Shown piece by piece: positions 17,795 through 24,881 of a stretch of DNA of 32,000 nucleotides (the stretch's first letter is position 1; every line of letters starts with the position of its first letter). The stretch comes from Massilicoli timonensis (GTDB lineage Bacteria > Bacillota_I > Bacilli_A > Erysipelotrichales > Erysipelotrichaceae): positions 30,001 to 62,000 of the forward strand of contig NZ_LT963432.1 of NCBI RefSeq assembly GCF_900199515.1, in the 5' to 3' direction. Below the pieces are notes generated by a model. It searched no databases. It saw nothing but the letters and a program-made list of their open reading frames with translations, and was not told the DNA's origin. The position numbers and the translations under genes were made by a program.

Positions 17795-18214
17795 TCATTC
17801 GATCATAATGTTCTTCTTTTCCGGCAGCTTTGCGCTTTCCTTCGGGAACGTGATCTTTAATTCGCCGTTTTCATAACTTGCACGTACGTCTTCTTCTTTC
17901 ACATTTTCACCTACATAGAAGCTGCGTGAGAAAGTGCCGCTGTAACGCTCCTGACGGATGATATTGCCCTTATCGTCTTTTTCATCGCTGCCGGTATTGT
18001 GAGATGCGCTCACATTCAAATAGCCATCACTGAGTTCCAGATGAATTTCCTCTTTCTTGCATCCCGGCAATTCCATATCCAGCGTGTAATAGCCGTCCTT
18101 TTCCGTAATGTCGGTTTTCATCGTCATATCGCTTCGATTGCTGAAAAACGGTGAAGTGAACATATCATCAAACATGTCATCAAATAAACTGCTCGTTCTT
18201 GGAAAGAATTTCAT
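17795..18214 (-). CDS. Small heat-shock protein, Hsp20/alpha-crystallin family
   Basis: 139 aa. Alpha-crystallin-domain pattern MKTDITEKDGYYTLDMELPGCKKEEIHLELSDGYLNVSA...ERYSGTFSRSFYVGENV...ASYENGELKITFPK. RBS GGAGG. Confidence 0.9.
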   Translation of the reverse strand: MKFFPRTSSLFDDMFDDMFTSPFFSNRSDMTMKTDITEKDGYYTLDMELPGCKKEEIHLELSDGYLNVSASHNTGSDEKDDKGNIIRQERYSGTFSRSFYVGENVKEEDVRASYENGELKITFPKESAKLPEKKNIMIE

Positions 18215-18306
18215 AGTATCGCCTCCATTTTCACATCCTCACGGTTGTTTTTACGCAGCCGTTTACGAATTTCCTTCCATCGGGGCATCCCCCGATTACA
18301 CTTCCT

Positions 18307-18334
18307 ATTATACTCACGTTTTTAGCACTGTCAA
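18307..18334 (-). promoter_or_regulatory. hsp20 sigma-A promoter
   Basis: Minus strand reads TTGACA (18334-18329), a 16-nt spacer, then TATAAT (18312-18307). Confidence 0.65.
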
Positions 18335-18348
18335 TAGTTGAGTGTTAA
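18322..18348. promoter_or_regulatory. CIRCE HrcA operator overlapping the hsp20 -35
   Basis: TTAGCACTG-tcaatagtt-GAGTGTTAA, with one mismatch per arm against the CIRCE consensus and N9 spacing. Confidence 0.7.
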
Positions 18349-18451
18349 TTTTTTAATATTTTTTCCTATTTCGTAAATGCAAGAAGCCGATCAGTTTTGA
18401 AGATTCACACTTTCCCTCAATTAGATGCTAATATAAGGCGTTCATCAGACA

Positions 18452-18480
18452 TAAAAAAGGAACGTCAACACCGGCGCTCC
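18452..18480 (-). terminator. Rho-independent terminator of nifS-nifU
   Basis: Minus strand reads GGAGCG-ccggtgttga-CGTTCC (one G-U pair) followed by TTTTTTAT. Confidence 0.55.
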
Positions 18481-18496
18481 TTCCCTTACATCCGTT

Positions 18497-18922
18497 TTAG
18501 CCATGCTCATGCGCACAGCCTACTGTTTTGAACATCGCTTCATCATAAGCAATCTGATTTTTATCATAATAATCTTTGACTGCTGCCTTGATTGCCTGCT
18601 CCGCTAAGACCGAACAGTGGATCTTTACCGCCGGCAAGCCATCTAATGCCTCCACAACAGCCTTGTTTGACAAGGTCAGTGCTTCTTCCAGTGTCTTGCC
18701 TTTGATCATCTCGGTCGCGATCGAACTGGTGGCAATCGCACTACCGCAGCCAAAGGTATTAAACTTCACATCGGTAATACGTCCATCTGCTACTTTGATA
18801 TACATTTTCATGATATCGCCGCATTTCGCATTTCCCACTTCTCCGATACCGTCCGCATCTTCCATTTTTCCTAAATTGCGGGGATTTGTAAAATGATCCA
18901 TTACTTTATTACTGTATAACAT
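18497..18922 (-). CDS. nifU: Fe-S cluster assembly scaffold (NifU/IscU-type)
   Basis: 141 aa with the three scaffold cysteines in GNAKCGDIM, FGCGSAIATSS and IHCSVLAEQA. Overlaps nifS by 14 nt. Confidence 0.9.
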   Translation of the reverse strand: MLYSNKVMDHFTNPRNLGKMEDADGIGEVGNAKCGDIMKMYIKVADGRITDVKFNTFGCGSAIATSSIATEMIKGKTLEEALTLSNKAVVEALDGLPAVKIHCSVLAEQAIKAAVKDYYDKNQIAYDEAMFKTVGCAHEHG

Positions 18923-20102
18923 ATGCTTTCTCTCCTTTTTCCAGTGCTTCCCATACCGGCGATATATTACGCAGGTAGGATACGGTTTCTTTTACCGCAT
19001 GGATGATATAGTCGATCTGTTCCTTTTGTAATTCCATGCCGATCGAAAGACGCAGCGATCCATGCGCCACTTCATGCGGCAGCCCCAGCGCCAATAAGAC
19101 ATGACTAGGATCAAGCGAGCCGGAAGTACACGCAGAACCGGAAGATGCCGCAATGCCCTTTTGATCCAGCCACAGCAACAAAGACTCCCCTTCGATTCCT
19201 TCAAAACAGAAATTGATCGTCTGCGGTACCCGCCGTATGCGATCCCCGTTTAAGCGGCTGTGAGGAATTTCTGACAAGCCTTCGATCAGTTGATCGCGTA
19301 ATGCGGATACTTTACGCATCTGTTCGCTCATCTGTTCACACGCATCGCGCAGCGCCGCCGCCATTGCGATGATAGCAGGCAGATTTTCAGTGCCCGCACG
19401 CAGCCCTTTTTCCTGTGCGCCGCCATAAAGCAAAGGAATGAGCGGTGCGCCCTTTCGCACATACAGCCCGCCGATCCCTTTCGGCCCCTGAAATTTATGA
19501 GCGGAAAACGCCAGATAGTCCACTTGATCTTTTATGACATCGACCGGTATATGTCCTACTGCCTGTACCGCATCACAGTGAAACAAAACCTTATGACGGC
19601 GACAGATCGCCCCGATTTCCGCAACCGGCTGTAAAGTGCCGATCTCATTGTTCGCATACATGATCGTTACCAGACAGGTTTCTTCTTTGATCGCCTGCTC
19701 CAGCTCTGACACATCAATGATGCCGTTTTCATGCACATCGAGATAAGTAATCGAAAAGCCTTCTTTTTTCAGCGCGTCTAGTGTATGCAACACCGCATGA
19801 TGCTCAAAGGCACTGGTGATAATATGCTTCTTGCCTTTTCTAGCGCCGATGGAAGCCGCTGAACGAATGGCCTGATTATCTGCTTCACTGCCTCCGGAAG
19901 TAAAGTAAATCTCCTCCTGTTTGGCATGCAGACAATCGGCAATCTCGCTTCTTGCTTGCTCCAGCGCTTCTTTTGCCAGCTGTCCTTCCCGATGAAAGGA
20001 TGAGGGATTTCCATAACGATCCATCGCCGCCAGCATCGCTTCCTTCGCTTTTTCACTGATCGGTGTAGTAGCGGCATGATCGGCATAAATATATTGCTTC
20101 AT
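18909..20102 (-). CDS. nifS: Cysteine desulfurase (NifS/IscS class I)
   Basis: Start moved to the ATG at 20102 (MKQYIYADHAATTP), which has GGAAGGTG upstream. PLP lysine in SAHKFQGPKG and catalytic Cys in SSGSACTSG. The 81-codon upstream extension in the ORF track crosses the promoter region and the rrf2 start. Confidence 0.9.
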   Translation of the reverse strand: MKQYIYADHAATTPISEKAKEAMLAAMDRYGNPSSFHREGQLAKEALEQARSEIADCLHAKQEEIYFTSGGSEADNQAIRSAASIGARKGKKHIITSAFEHHAVLHTLDALKKEGFSITYLDVHENGIIDVSELEQAIKEETCLVTIMYANNEIGTLQPVAEIGAICRRHKVLFHCDAVQAVGHIPVDVIKDQVDYLAFSAHKFQGPKGIGGLYVRKGAPLIPLLYGGAQEKGLRAGTENLPAIIAMAAALRDACEQMSEQMRKVSALRDQLIEGLSEIPHSRLNGDRIRRVPQTINFCFEGIEGESLLLWLDQKGIAASSGSACTSGSLDPSHVLLALGLPHEVAHGSLRLSIGMELQKEQIDYIIHAVKETVSYLRNISPVWEALEKGEKAYVIQ

Positions 20103-20119
20103 CTTATAACACCTTCCTA

Positions 20120-20168
20120 TTCCTATTGAATACATAGGAATTATAAACAGTATTTCTTCTCCCGTCAA
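20120..20168 (-). promoter_or_regulatory. nifS-nifU promoter with inverted-repeat operator at the transcription start
   Basis: Minus strand reads TTGACG (20168-20163), a 17-nt spacer, then TATAAT (20145-20140). This is immediately followed by the inverted repeat TTCCTAT-n7-ATAGGAA (20120-20140). Confidence 0.55.
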
Positions 20169-20223
20169 TTCAAACACCTTATCACTGCTCTCCTCTCTCT
20201 TTCTTATTTCTATTAAAGCACAT

Positions 20224-20279
20224 ATCTGCTTACAATGAGCAGATTGCATATTGCGTATCTTCGCACTTTTTTGTACAAT
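20224..20279 (+). promoter_or_regulatory. rrf2 promoter preceded by an inverted repeat
   Basis: Inverted repeat ATCTGCT-tacaatg-AGCAGAT (20224-20244), then TTGCGT (20251-20256), a 17-nt spacer, then TACAAT (20274-20279). Confidence 0.45.
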
Positions 20280-20304
20280 AGAAAAACAAGGAGGTTTTAC
20301 CAAT

Positions 20305-20739
20305 ATGATGATTTCTACAAAGGGCAGATATGCACTGCGTATCATGCTGGATCTGGCGCAGCATGAAACAGAAGGCTATATCTCATTAAAATCGGTATCG
20401 GAAAGACAAGCGATTTCATTAAAATATTTAGAACTGGTCATTGCGATGCTGCATAAAGCAAACCTCGTTGACAGTATGCGCGGCAAAGAAGGCGGCTACC
20501 GCTTAAGCAAAGACCCTAGCGAATACAGCATCGGTTCGATCTTAAAGGTGATGGAAAAGACGCTGGCTCCGGTTGCCTGCATGAGCTGTGGGGAAACTGC
20601 ATGCAGCAATAAAGAAAACTGTTTGACACTGCCGCTTTGGCAGCAGTTAGATCAGATCATTGATACATACTTGGAAAGCGTTACCCTAAAGGACCTGCTG
20701 GATGGGAACGTGCAAATCCCGATCATGCAAAACGCATGA
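20305..20739 (+). CDS. Rrf2-family transcriptional regulator (IscR/CymR-like, Cys-cluster type)
   Basis: MMISTKGRYALRIMLDLAQH...ISLKYLELVIAMLHKANLVDSMRGKEGGYRL is the Rrf2 winged-helix domain. Cys cluster ACMSCGETACSNKENC. Start set at 20305, 10 nt after AAGGAGG. Confidence 0.85.
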   Translation: MMISTKGRYALRIMLDLAQHETEGYISLKSVSERQAISLKYLELVIAMLHKANLVDSMRGKEGGYRLSKDPSEYSIGSILKVMEKTLAPVACMSCGETACSNKENCLTLPLWQQLDQIIDTYLESVTLKDLLDGNVQIPIMQNA

Positions 20740-20768
20740 TGCGCTTTTCATACATGATCGCTAAAAAA

Positions 20769-20798
20769 GGGATGAACGCAAATCATCCCTTTCGTTTT
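20769..20798 (+). terminator. Rho-independent terminator of rrf2 (T-tract interrupted by the IS insertion)
   Basis: GGGATGA-acgcaaa-TCATCCC followed by TTTCGTTTTAT. The last 8 nt are the target-site duplication. Confidence 0.65.
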
Positions 20799-20800
20799 AT
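20793..20800. repeat. Target-site duplication, left copy (CGTTTTAT)
   Basis: The identical 8-mer CGTTTTAT directly flanks both ends of the element (20793-20800 and 22434-22441). 8 bp is the usual ISL3-family duplication size. Confidence 0.65.
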
Positions 20801-20804
20801 GGCG

Positions 20805-20886
20805 CTCTAAACTTCCGTGTGGGTGTGGGTACGCCCTAAACTTATGTGTGGTATTTTTCAGATACCTCTAACATTTTGTGTGGGTG
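20805..20886. repeat. Three direct copies of the IS end motif (left end)
   Basis: CTCTAAACTTCCGTGTGGGTG (20805-20825), CCCTAAACTTATGTGTGGTAT (20834-20854) and CTCTAACATTTTGTGTGGGTG (20866-20886). Confidence 0.7.
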
Positions 20887-20895
20887 AATAAAAAA

Positions 20896-20942
20896 CCTTC
20901 GTGATATGATTTCTTTGTCGAGAAGAAATTACACGAAGGAGG
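20896..20942 (+). promoter_or_regulatory. Compound hairpin occluding the transposase RBS
   Basis: CCTTCGTG (20896-20903) pairs with CACGAAGG (20932-20939). The inner stem is ATTTCTT-tgtcgag-AAGAAAT. The right arm overlaps the SD sequence GAAGGAGG (20935-20942), 10 nt before the ATG at 20953. Confidence 0.5.
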
Positions 20943-20952
20943 TATTTAACCT

Positions 20953-22290
20953 ATGAATGATTTTATCACAGATTTATTTAATATTGATAGAAAAAAGATT
21001 AAAAAAATGAATGTTGTTACTAGTAAGGATAAAACTGAGTTTCATATCGTCTTAAACCACGATGGTGATTTATTTTGTCCTTTTTGTTATGGTGTCGTTC
21101 ATGCCAATGGCTATTCGAAACCTAAAATAATCAATCACCCTAAACTAACAGATAGAAAAGCGGTAATTATCTTTTATAACCATCGTTATCAATGCAACGA
21201 ATGCTTGCGTACTTTCTCTGGGAAAAATCCTTTCACTTTTTCTAACTTTAGAAATTCTTATCTTTCTTTTGAAAACATTATGAAGCAGCTTTCTAATTTG
21301 AATTATTCATATAAAATGGTAGCTGAGCTGAACCATATCTCTCCTACCCAAGTACAAAGATATTTTGATAGCTTCGTAAACATTCCTAGAATCACTCTAC
21401 CTGAATCTATAGGGATTGATGAGATTCATTCAAAAATGGCAAAACGAAAAGATTCTGCTTATTTATGTGTGATGGTGGATAATAAGAAACGTTCTCTTTT
21501 TGAAATACTTCCATCTCGTTCTAAAGCAGAATTAAAACGTTATTTTGAAAAGATTCCTCAAATAGAACGGAACAACGTAAAATATGTAACCATTGATATG
21601 TGGTTTCCTTATAAAGAAGTAGCGAATAAGTATTTCCCTAACTGCATTGTAGCTGTTGATCCATTTCATGTTGTCGAACATTTAATGACTAGTTTCCGCC
21701 GTATACGTCTTAATATCATGTATCAGGTAGAATATGGCAGTGATAGTTACTATTTACTCAAAACATGGAAAGACTTAATTGAAAAGAATGTTTTTCTCGA
21801 TAATGAACCAGTCTACAATAATCGCTTCAAAATGAAACTAAACAAAAGACAGCTACTTGATTTAATTCTTGAGATTAGTGAAACATTGGCTTTAGGATAT
21901 CACCTAAAAGAGATGTATTTAACCTTTAATAAAAATGCAACGGAAGAAAATTGTGAGGAATGGTTCAATTCTATTTTAGAAGCTTTTAAAAAATCAGGAA
22001 TATCAGAGTTCCATGATTTTATTCAAACACTTGAAAACTGGAAACCAGAAATTCTTAATTCATTCAAAAGACCTTTTGATGAGCACAAACTAAGCAATGC
22101 ACTCTGTGAAAATATCAATGGGCAAATTAGAACATATTTATCTGTATCAAAAGGAGTATCTAATTTTATCCGTTTTAGAAAAAGATGTATTTTTGCTTTA
22201 AATCCAAAGGTTTTCTATTCAATTACAAATCAATTAAAATCTAATAAAGTTCAAGGCAAAAGAAGAGGCAAATATAATAAAAACAAATAA
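20953..22290 (+). CDS. ISL3-family transposase (zf-ISL3 + DDE_Tnp_ISL3)
   Basis: 445 aa. N-terminal zinc finger CPFCYG...CNEC. DDE region with GIDEIHSK..., VTIDMWFPY and VAVDPFHVVEHL, all typical of ISL3 transposases. Confidence 0.85.
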   Translation: MNDFITDLFNIDRKKIKKMNVVTSKDKTEFHIVLNHDGDLFCPFCYGVVHANGYSKPKIINHPKLTDRKAVIIFYNHRYQCNECLRTFSGKNPFTFSNFRNSYLSFENIMKQLSNLNYSYKMVAELNHISPTQVQRYFDSFVNIPRITLPESIGIDEIHSKMAKRKDSAYLCVMVDNKKRSLFEILPSRSKAELKRYFEKIPQIERNNVKYVTIDMWFPYKEVANKYFPNCIVAVDPFHVVEHLMTSFRRIRLNIMYQVEYGSDSYYLLKTWKDLIEKNVFLDNEPVYNNRFKMKLNKRQLLDLILEISETLALGYHLKEMYLTFNKNATEENCEEWFNSILEAFKKSGISEFHDFIQTLENWKPEILNSFKRPFDEHKLSNALCENINGQIRTYLSVSKGVSNFIRFRKRCIFALNPKVFYSITNQLKSNKVQGKRRGKYNKNK

Positions 22291-22318
22291 ATAAATGAAT
22301 CGTACTTCTCGACACATA

Positions 22319-22365
22319 AAAAGGTGGTTCATTAGTACTTACTTGTACTAAATATACCACCTTTT
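22319..22365 (+). terminator. Compound hairpin after the transposase gene (terminator-like)
   Basis: AAAAGGTGGT (22319-22328) pairs with ACCACCTTTT (22356-22365). The inner stem is TTAGTAC-ttactt-GTACTAA. Confidence 0.45.
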
Positions 22366-22376
22366 ATCTCATCTTA

Positions 22377-22429
22377 AACCACTCGAAAGTTTAGAGTTCA
22401 TTTTCTCAAAACCACTCGAAAGTTTAGAT
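22377..22429. repeat. Two copies of the IS end motif (right end, inverted relative to the left copies)
   Basis: AACCACTCGAAAGTTTAGAG (22377-22396) and AACCACTCGAAAGTTTAGAT (22410-22429). Their reverse complement, CTCTAAACTTTCGAGTGGTT, matches the left-end repeats. Confidence 0.7.
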
Positions 22430-22433
22430 TACT

Positions 22434-22441
22434 CGTTTTAT
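22434..22441. repeat. Target-site duplication, right copy (CGTTTTAT)
   Basis: See the left copy at 20793-20800. Confidence 0.65.
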
Positions 22442-22449
22442 CAAGCGAT

Positions 22450-22474
22450 GCCGCTTTTCACAGCGGCTTTTTTT
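22450..22474. terminator. Terminator hairpin in the convergent rrf2 / ABC-operon intergenic region
   Basis: GCCGCT-tttcac-AGCGGC followed by TTTTTTT on the + strand, with an A-run on the other side. It abuts the stop codon of the minus-strand permease gene. Confidence 0.55.
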
Positions 22475-24152
22475 ACAGTTTTGCAAATAAACGGTTTGTC
22501 TGCTTCTTTACCAACTGATACAAAAGCGGTGATGTGACAAGCAGGATCACCAACAATGCGATCGCCAGTTCAAGCACATGCTCCAGTCCTACCCGGATCC
22601 CTAAAAAGATGATGATGCCGCCAAACGCAAATCCGCTCAGCATCATGATCGCAGCGGTAAAATTCTGTTTCACAGCGCTGGCTTCCTGTTCCCATACTAA
22701 TTTCGGATGCAGCAGATCGACCAATACGCCGAGGAAATTGCCATATACATCGCCTAAGATAAACGTAAGCAATAATAGTGCGGAAGCAAGCAGCGGCATT
22801 TGTAAACCGATGATCGCCGGGATTACCAGCAATAACCCGCCGGCAAGTGAGATCACGATACCGGAAGTCGCTTTCGCCGCAACCTGTGTCATATAAGAAA
22901 GCGGAATATACTTCATAAAATCATAATGTGCGCCCTCTCGTGAAATCGCTGTCGCAGAGATCATATTCGTATTGCTCATAAAGAAACCAAGCCCGATGCC
23001 GCCTAAGATCACAAAGGCATAGCTTTCATTTGGATAGCGGGTAAAAGCAAGATCAAGGAAATAGCGCAAATCGGCTAATGTTTCCATAAAATTCATATCC
23101 TCGCCGCCGATCAGCACCGGGACGAAAAATAACACCGGCATCAGAAAACTGATCAGCACACAGTTTTGAAAATAGATCGGATTGCGGATCAACAGGCGCA
23201 GTTCTTTTTTCAAATACGAAAAGAACGCCGGTTTTCTCACCGTTTGTTTTCGCATGGAAGCACGGCTCAATTTCTTGCCGGTGCTCATGCTGTCAGATAC
23301 GTTTACCGCCGATTTCAAATAAATGCGATTGCCCAGTACCAAAAATAAAGCCATGAGCACAACGATGACCACTACAAACAGACCTAGCTGTACAAAGTCT
23401 TGATCAGCCAACGCATTCGCCATCATCGCAACCGTCGGAAAGATCGCACTGAAAACATTGACCAAAGGACTGTCGCCCGTTAATAAGCCGAGGATGAAAT
23501 TCGTATCGCTCATTAACGTATTCATCGAAGAATACTGAAAATAATATACGACCACCAGCGTTGCCAATAAACCAAGCGTACCGAAGATCATATTGAAGCG
23601 ATCTTTATTTTTCGCAAACGGCAGAAAGCGCATCATCAGGATGACGATGAGCGAAGCGTAAAGCAGCGGCACGATCGGCAATAACAGAAAACAGATCGTA
23701 CCGATCACCACGAAGCCGATAGAAGCGCCTAATTCCTGCACATAAGCGACATACATCGGCAGGATCACCAGCAATGAGAATAAATATTCAAATGCCAGCA
23801 TGACCGAAAACTTGCTTGCCAAAATATGATGCGGCTTGATCGGCAGATATAATAAAGTCTGAATATCCTTTGAGAAATAATAAATGCCCGGCACCATAAA
23901 CATCGCAAAGATAAAGGTCACAAAAGAACTTAAATAAAAGCCCAGCCCCAAACCGGCACTTTGCTGATGCAGCAGTGTTACCGTTTCAAAAATATAGACA
24001 AACAGATCATACAAGACATATAGCATCGGCAAAAAGCAGACCGCAAGCAACGCATAGAGCGCGATCGTCGAAAGCTTTTTGCTTTTCGCATCGTTAAAGG
24101 ACTGTCCGCTCGTCTTGATCAGCGTTTTCGTTAACACCCAGAACTCACGCAT
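22473..24152 (-). CDS. Large polytopic ABC-transporter permease (internally duplicated, EcsB/'putative ABC exporter'-like), module 2
   Basis: 559 aa and almost entirely hydrophobic, with about 12 or more predicted TM segments. A basic cytoplasmic linker (SRASMRKQTVRKPAFFSYLKKELRLLIRNP) restarts an ABC-2-like N-terminus mid-protein. The ATG overlaps the upstream ATPase stop by 8 nt. Confidence 0.6.
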   Translation of the reverse strand: MREFWVLTKTLIKTSGQSFNDAKSKKLSTIALYALLAVCFLPMLYVLYDLFVYIFETVTLLHQQSAGLGLGFYLSSFVTFIFAMFMVPGIYYFSKDIQTLLYLPIKPHHILASKFSVMLAFEYLFSLLVILPMYVAYVQELGASIGFVVIGTICFLLLPIVPLLYASLIVILMMRFLPFAKNKDRFNMIFGTLGLLATLVVVYYFQYSSMNTLMSDTNFILGLLTGDSPLVNVFSAIFPTVAMMANALADQDFVQLGLFVVVIVVLMALFLVLGNRIYLKSAVNVSDSMSTGKKLSRASMRKQTVRKPAFFSYLKKELRLLIRNPIYFQNCVLISFLMPVLFFVPVLIGGEDMNFMETLADLRYFLDLAFTRYPNESYAFVILGGIGLGFFMSNTNMISATAISREGAHYDFMKYIPLSYMTQVAAKATSGIVISLAGGLLLVIPAIIGLQMPLLASALLLLTFILGDVYGNFLGVLVDLLHPKLVWEQEASAVKQNFTAAIMMLSGFAFGGIIIFLGIRVGLEHVLELAIALLVILLVTSPLLYQLVKKQTNRLFAKL

Positions 24153-24870
24153 GGCTCACTACCTCTAAGAAGATCGATTCCAGACTGTCGAAATTTTGAT
24201 ACTGCGCTTTTAATGCGTCGAGCGTTCCATAAAATAAGACCTTTCCTTTATTGATGATGACCACTTTGTCGCAGAGCTTCTCCGCCGTTTCCAGCACATG
24301 CGTCGAGAAGAATACGGTATTTCCTTTCCGCGCGTGTTCCCGCATCAGCTCCTTTAAGGAAAAGGCGCTTTGCGGATCTAAGCCGGTCAGCGGTTCATCT
24401 AAGATCCAGATGCTCGGTTCACAGATCAAAACGCCCATGATGACGATCTTTTGGCGCATCCCGTGTGAATAGCTCAAGATCTTGTCATTCAGCGCTGCTT
24501 CCATTTCCAGCATCTTGGCATAATGCTCGATTCGCTCCTTGCGCAGCGCACTGTCGATCTGATAAATATCGGCGATGAAATTCAAGTATTCGATTCCCTT
24601 CAAACGCAAGAAAATATCGGCGTTATCCGGGACGATGCCAAACTGTTTTTTCGCTTCCAGCGTATCAGAAGTGATACTTTTGCCATTCAGGTAAATTTCA
24701 CCTTCATCAATTTGCAGCACGCCGGTCATCATTTTGATCGTCGTCGTTTTCCCGGCGCCGTTTGGCCCGATAAAGCCGATGATTTCTCCTGATGGAATTT
24801 CCAAGCACAGATCATCGACCGCCTTGTGCGTTCCTCCATACACTTTAGATACATGTTTTATTTCAATCAT
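24145..24870 (-). CDS. ABC transporter ATP-binding protein (ABC-2/DrrA-like), module 2
   Basis: 241 aa. Walker A GPNGAGKTTT, variant signature YSHGMRQKI, Walker B IWILDEP, H-loop STHV. Confidence 0.85.
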   Translation of the reverse strand: MIEIKHVSKVYGGTHKAVDDLCLEIPSGEIIGFIGPNGAGKTTTIKMMTGVLQIDEGEIYLNGKSITSDTLEAKKQFGIVPDNADIFLRLKGIEYLNFIADIYQIDSALRKERIEHYAKMLEMEAALNDKILSYSHGMRQKIVIMGVLICEPSIWILDEPLTGLDPQSAFSLKELMREHARKGNTVFFSTHVLETAEKLCDKVVIINKGKVLFYGTLDALKAQYQNFDSLESIFLEVVSHA

Positions 24871-24881
24871 AGTCGTTCTCC

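Larger units (their letters stand above)
20801..22433 (+). mobile_element. ISL3-family insertion sequence (~1.63 kb, apparently intact)
   Basis: Single transposase ORF. Imperfect terminal inverted repeats match 19 of 28 positions: left GGCGCTCTAAACTTCCGTGTGGGTGTGG against right reverse-complement AGTAATCTAAACTTTCGAGTGGTTTTGA. 8-bp direct repeats flank it. The element is markedly AT-richer than its flanks. Confidence 0.75.

Noticed and set aside
18215-18300. Structured hsp20 5' leader as an RNA thermometer
   Set aside because: Two hairpins are present on the minus strand: ATCGGGG-gatg-CCCCGAT and ACGGCTG...CAACCGT. Neither pairs with the SD GGAGG, and there is no CCUCC or U-rich anti-SD, so a ROSE or fourU-type mechanism is not supported by sequence alone.
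20103-20345. 81-codon N-terminal extension of the nifS ORF
   Set aside because: The extension runs through the nifS promoter and operator region and into the divergent rrf2 coding start. A good RBS precedes the internal ATG at 20102, which begins the conserved MKQYIYADHAATTP N-terminus.
20805-22429. Repeated ~20-nt motifs with similar spacing that might be mistaken for a mini CRISPR array
   Set aside because: There are only 3 and 2 copies, they are imperfect, they lie in inverted orientation on the two sides of a transposase gene, and they are bounded by a target-site duplication. They are IS end repeats.
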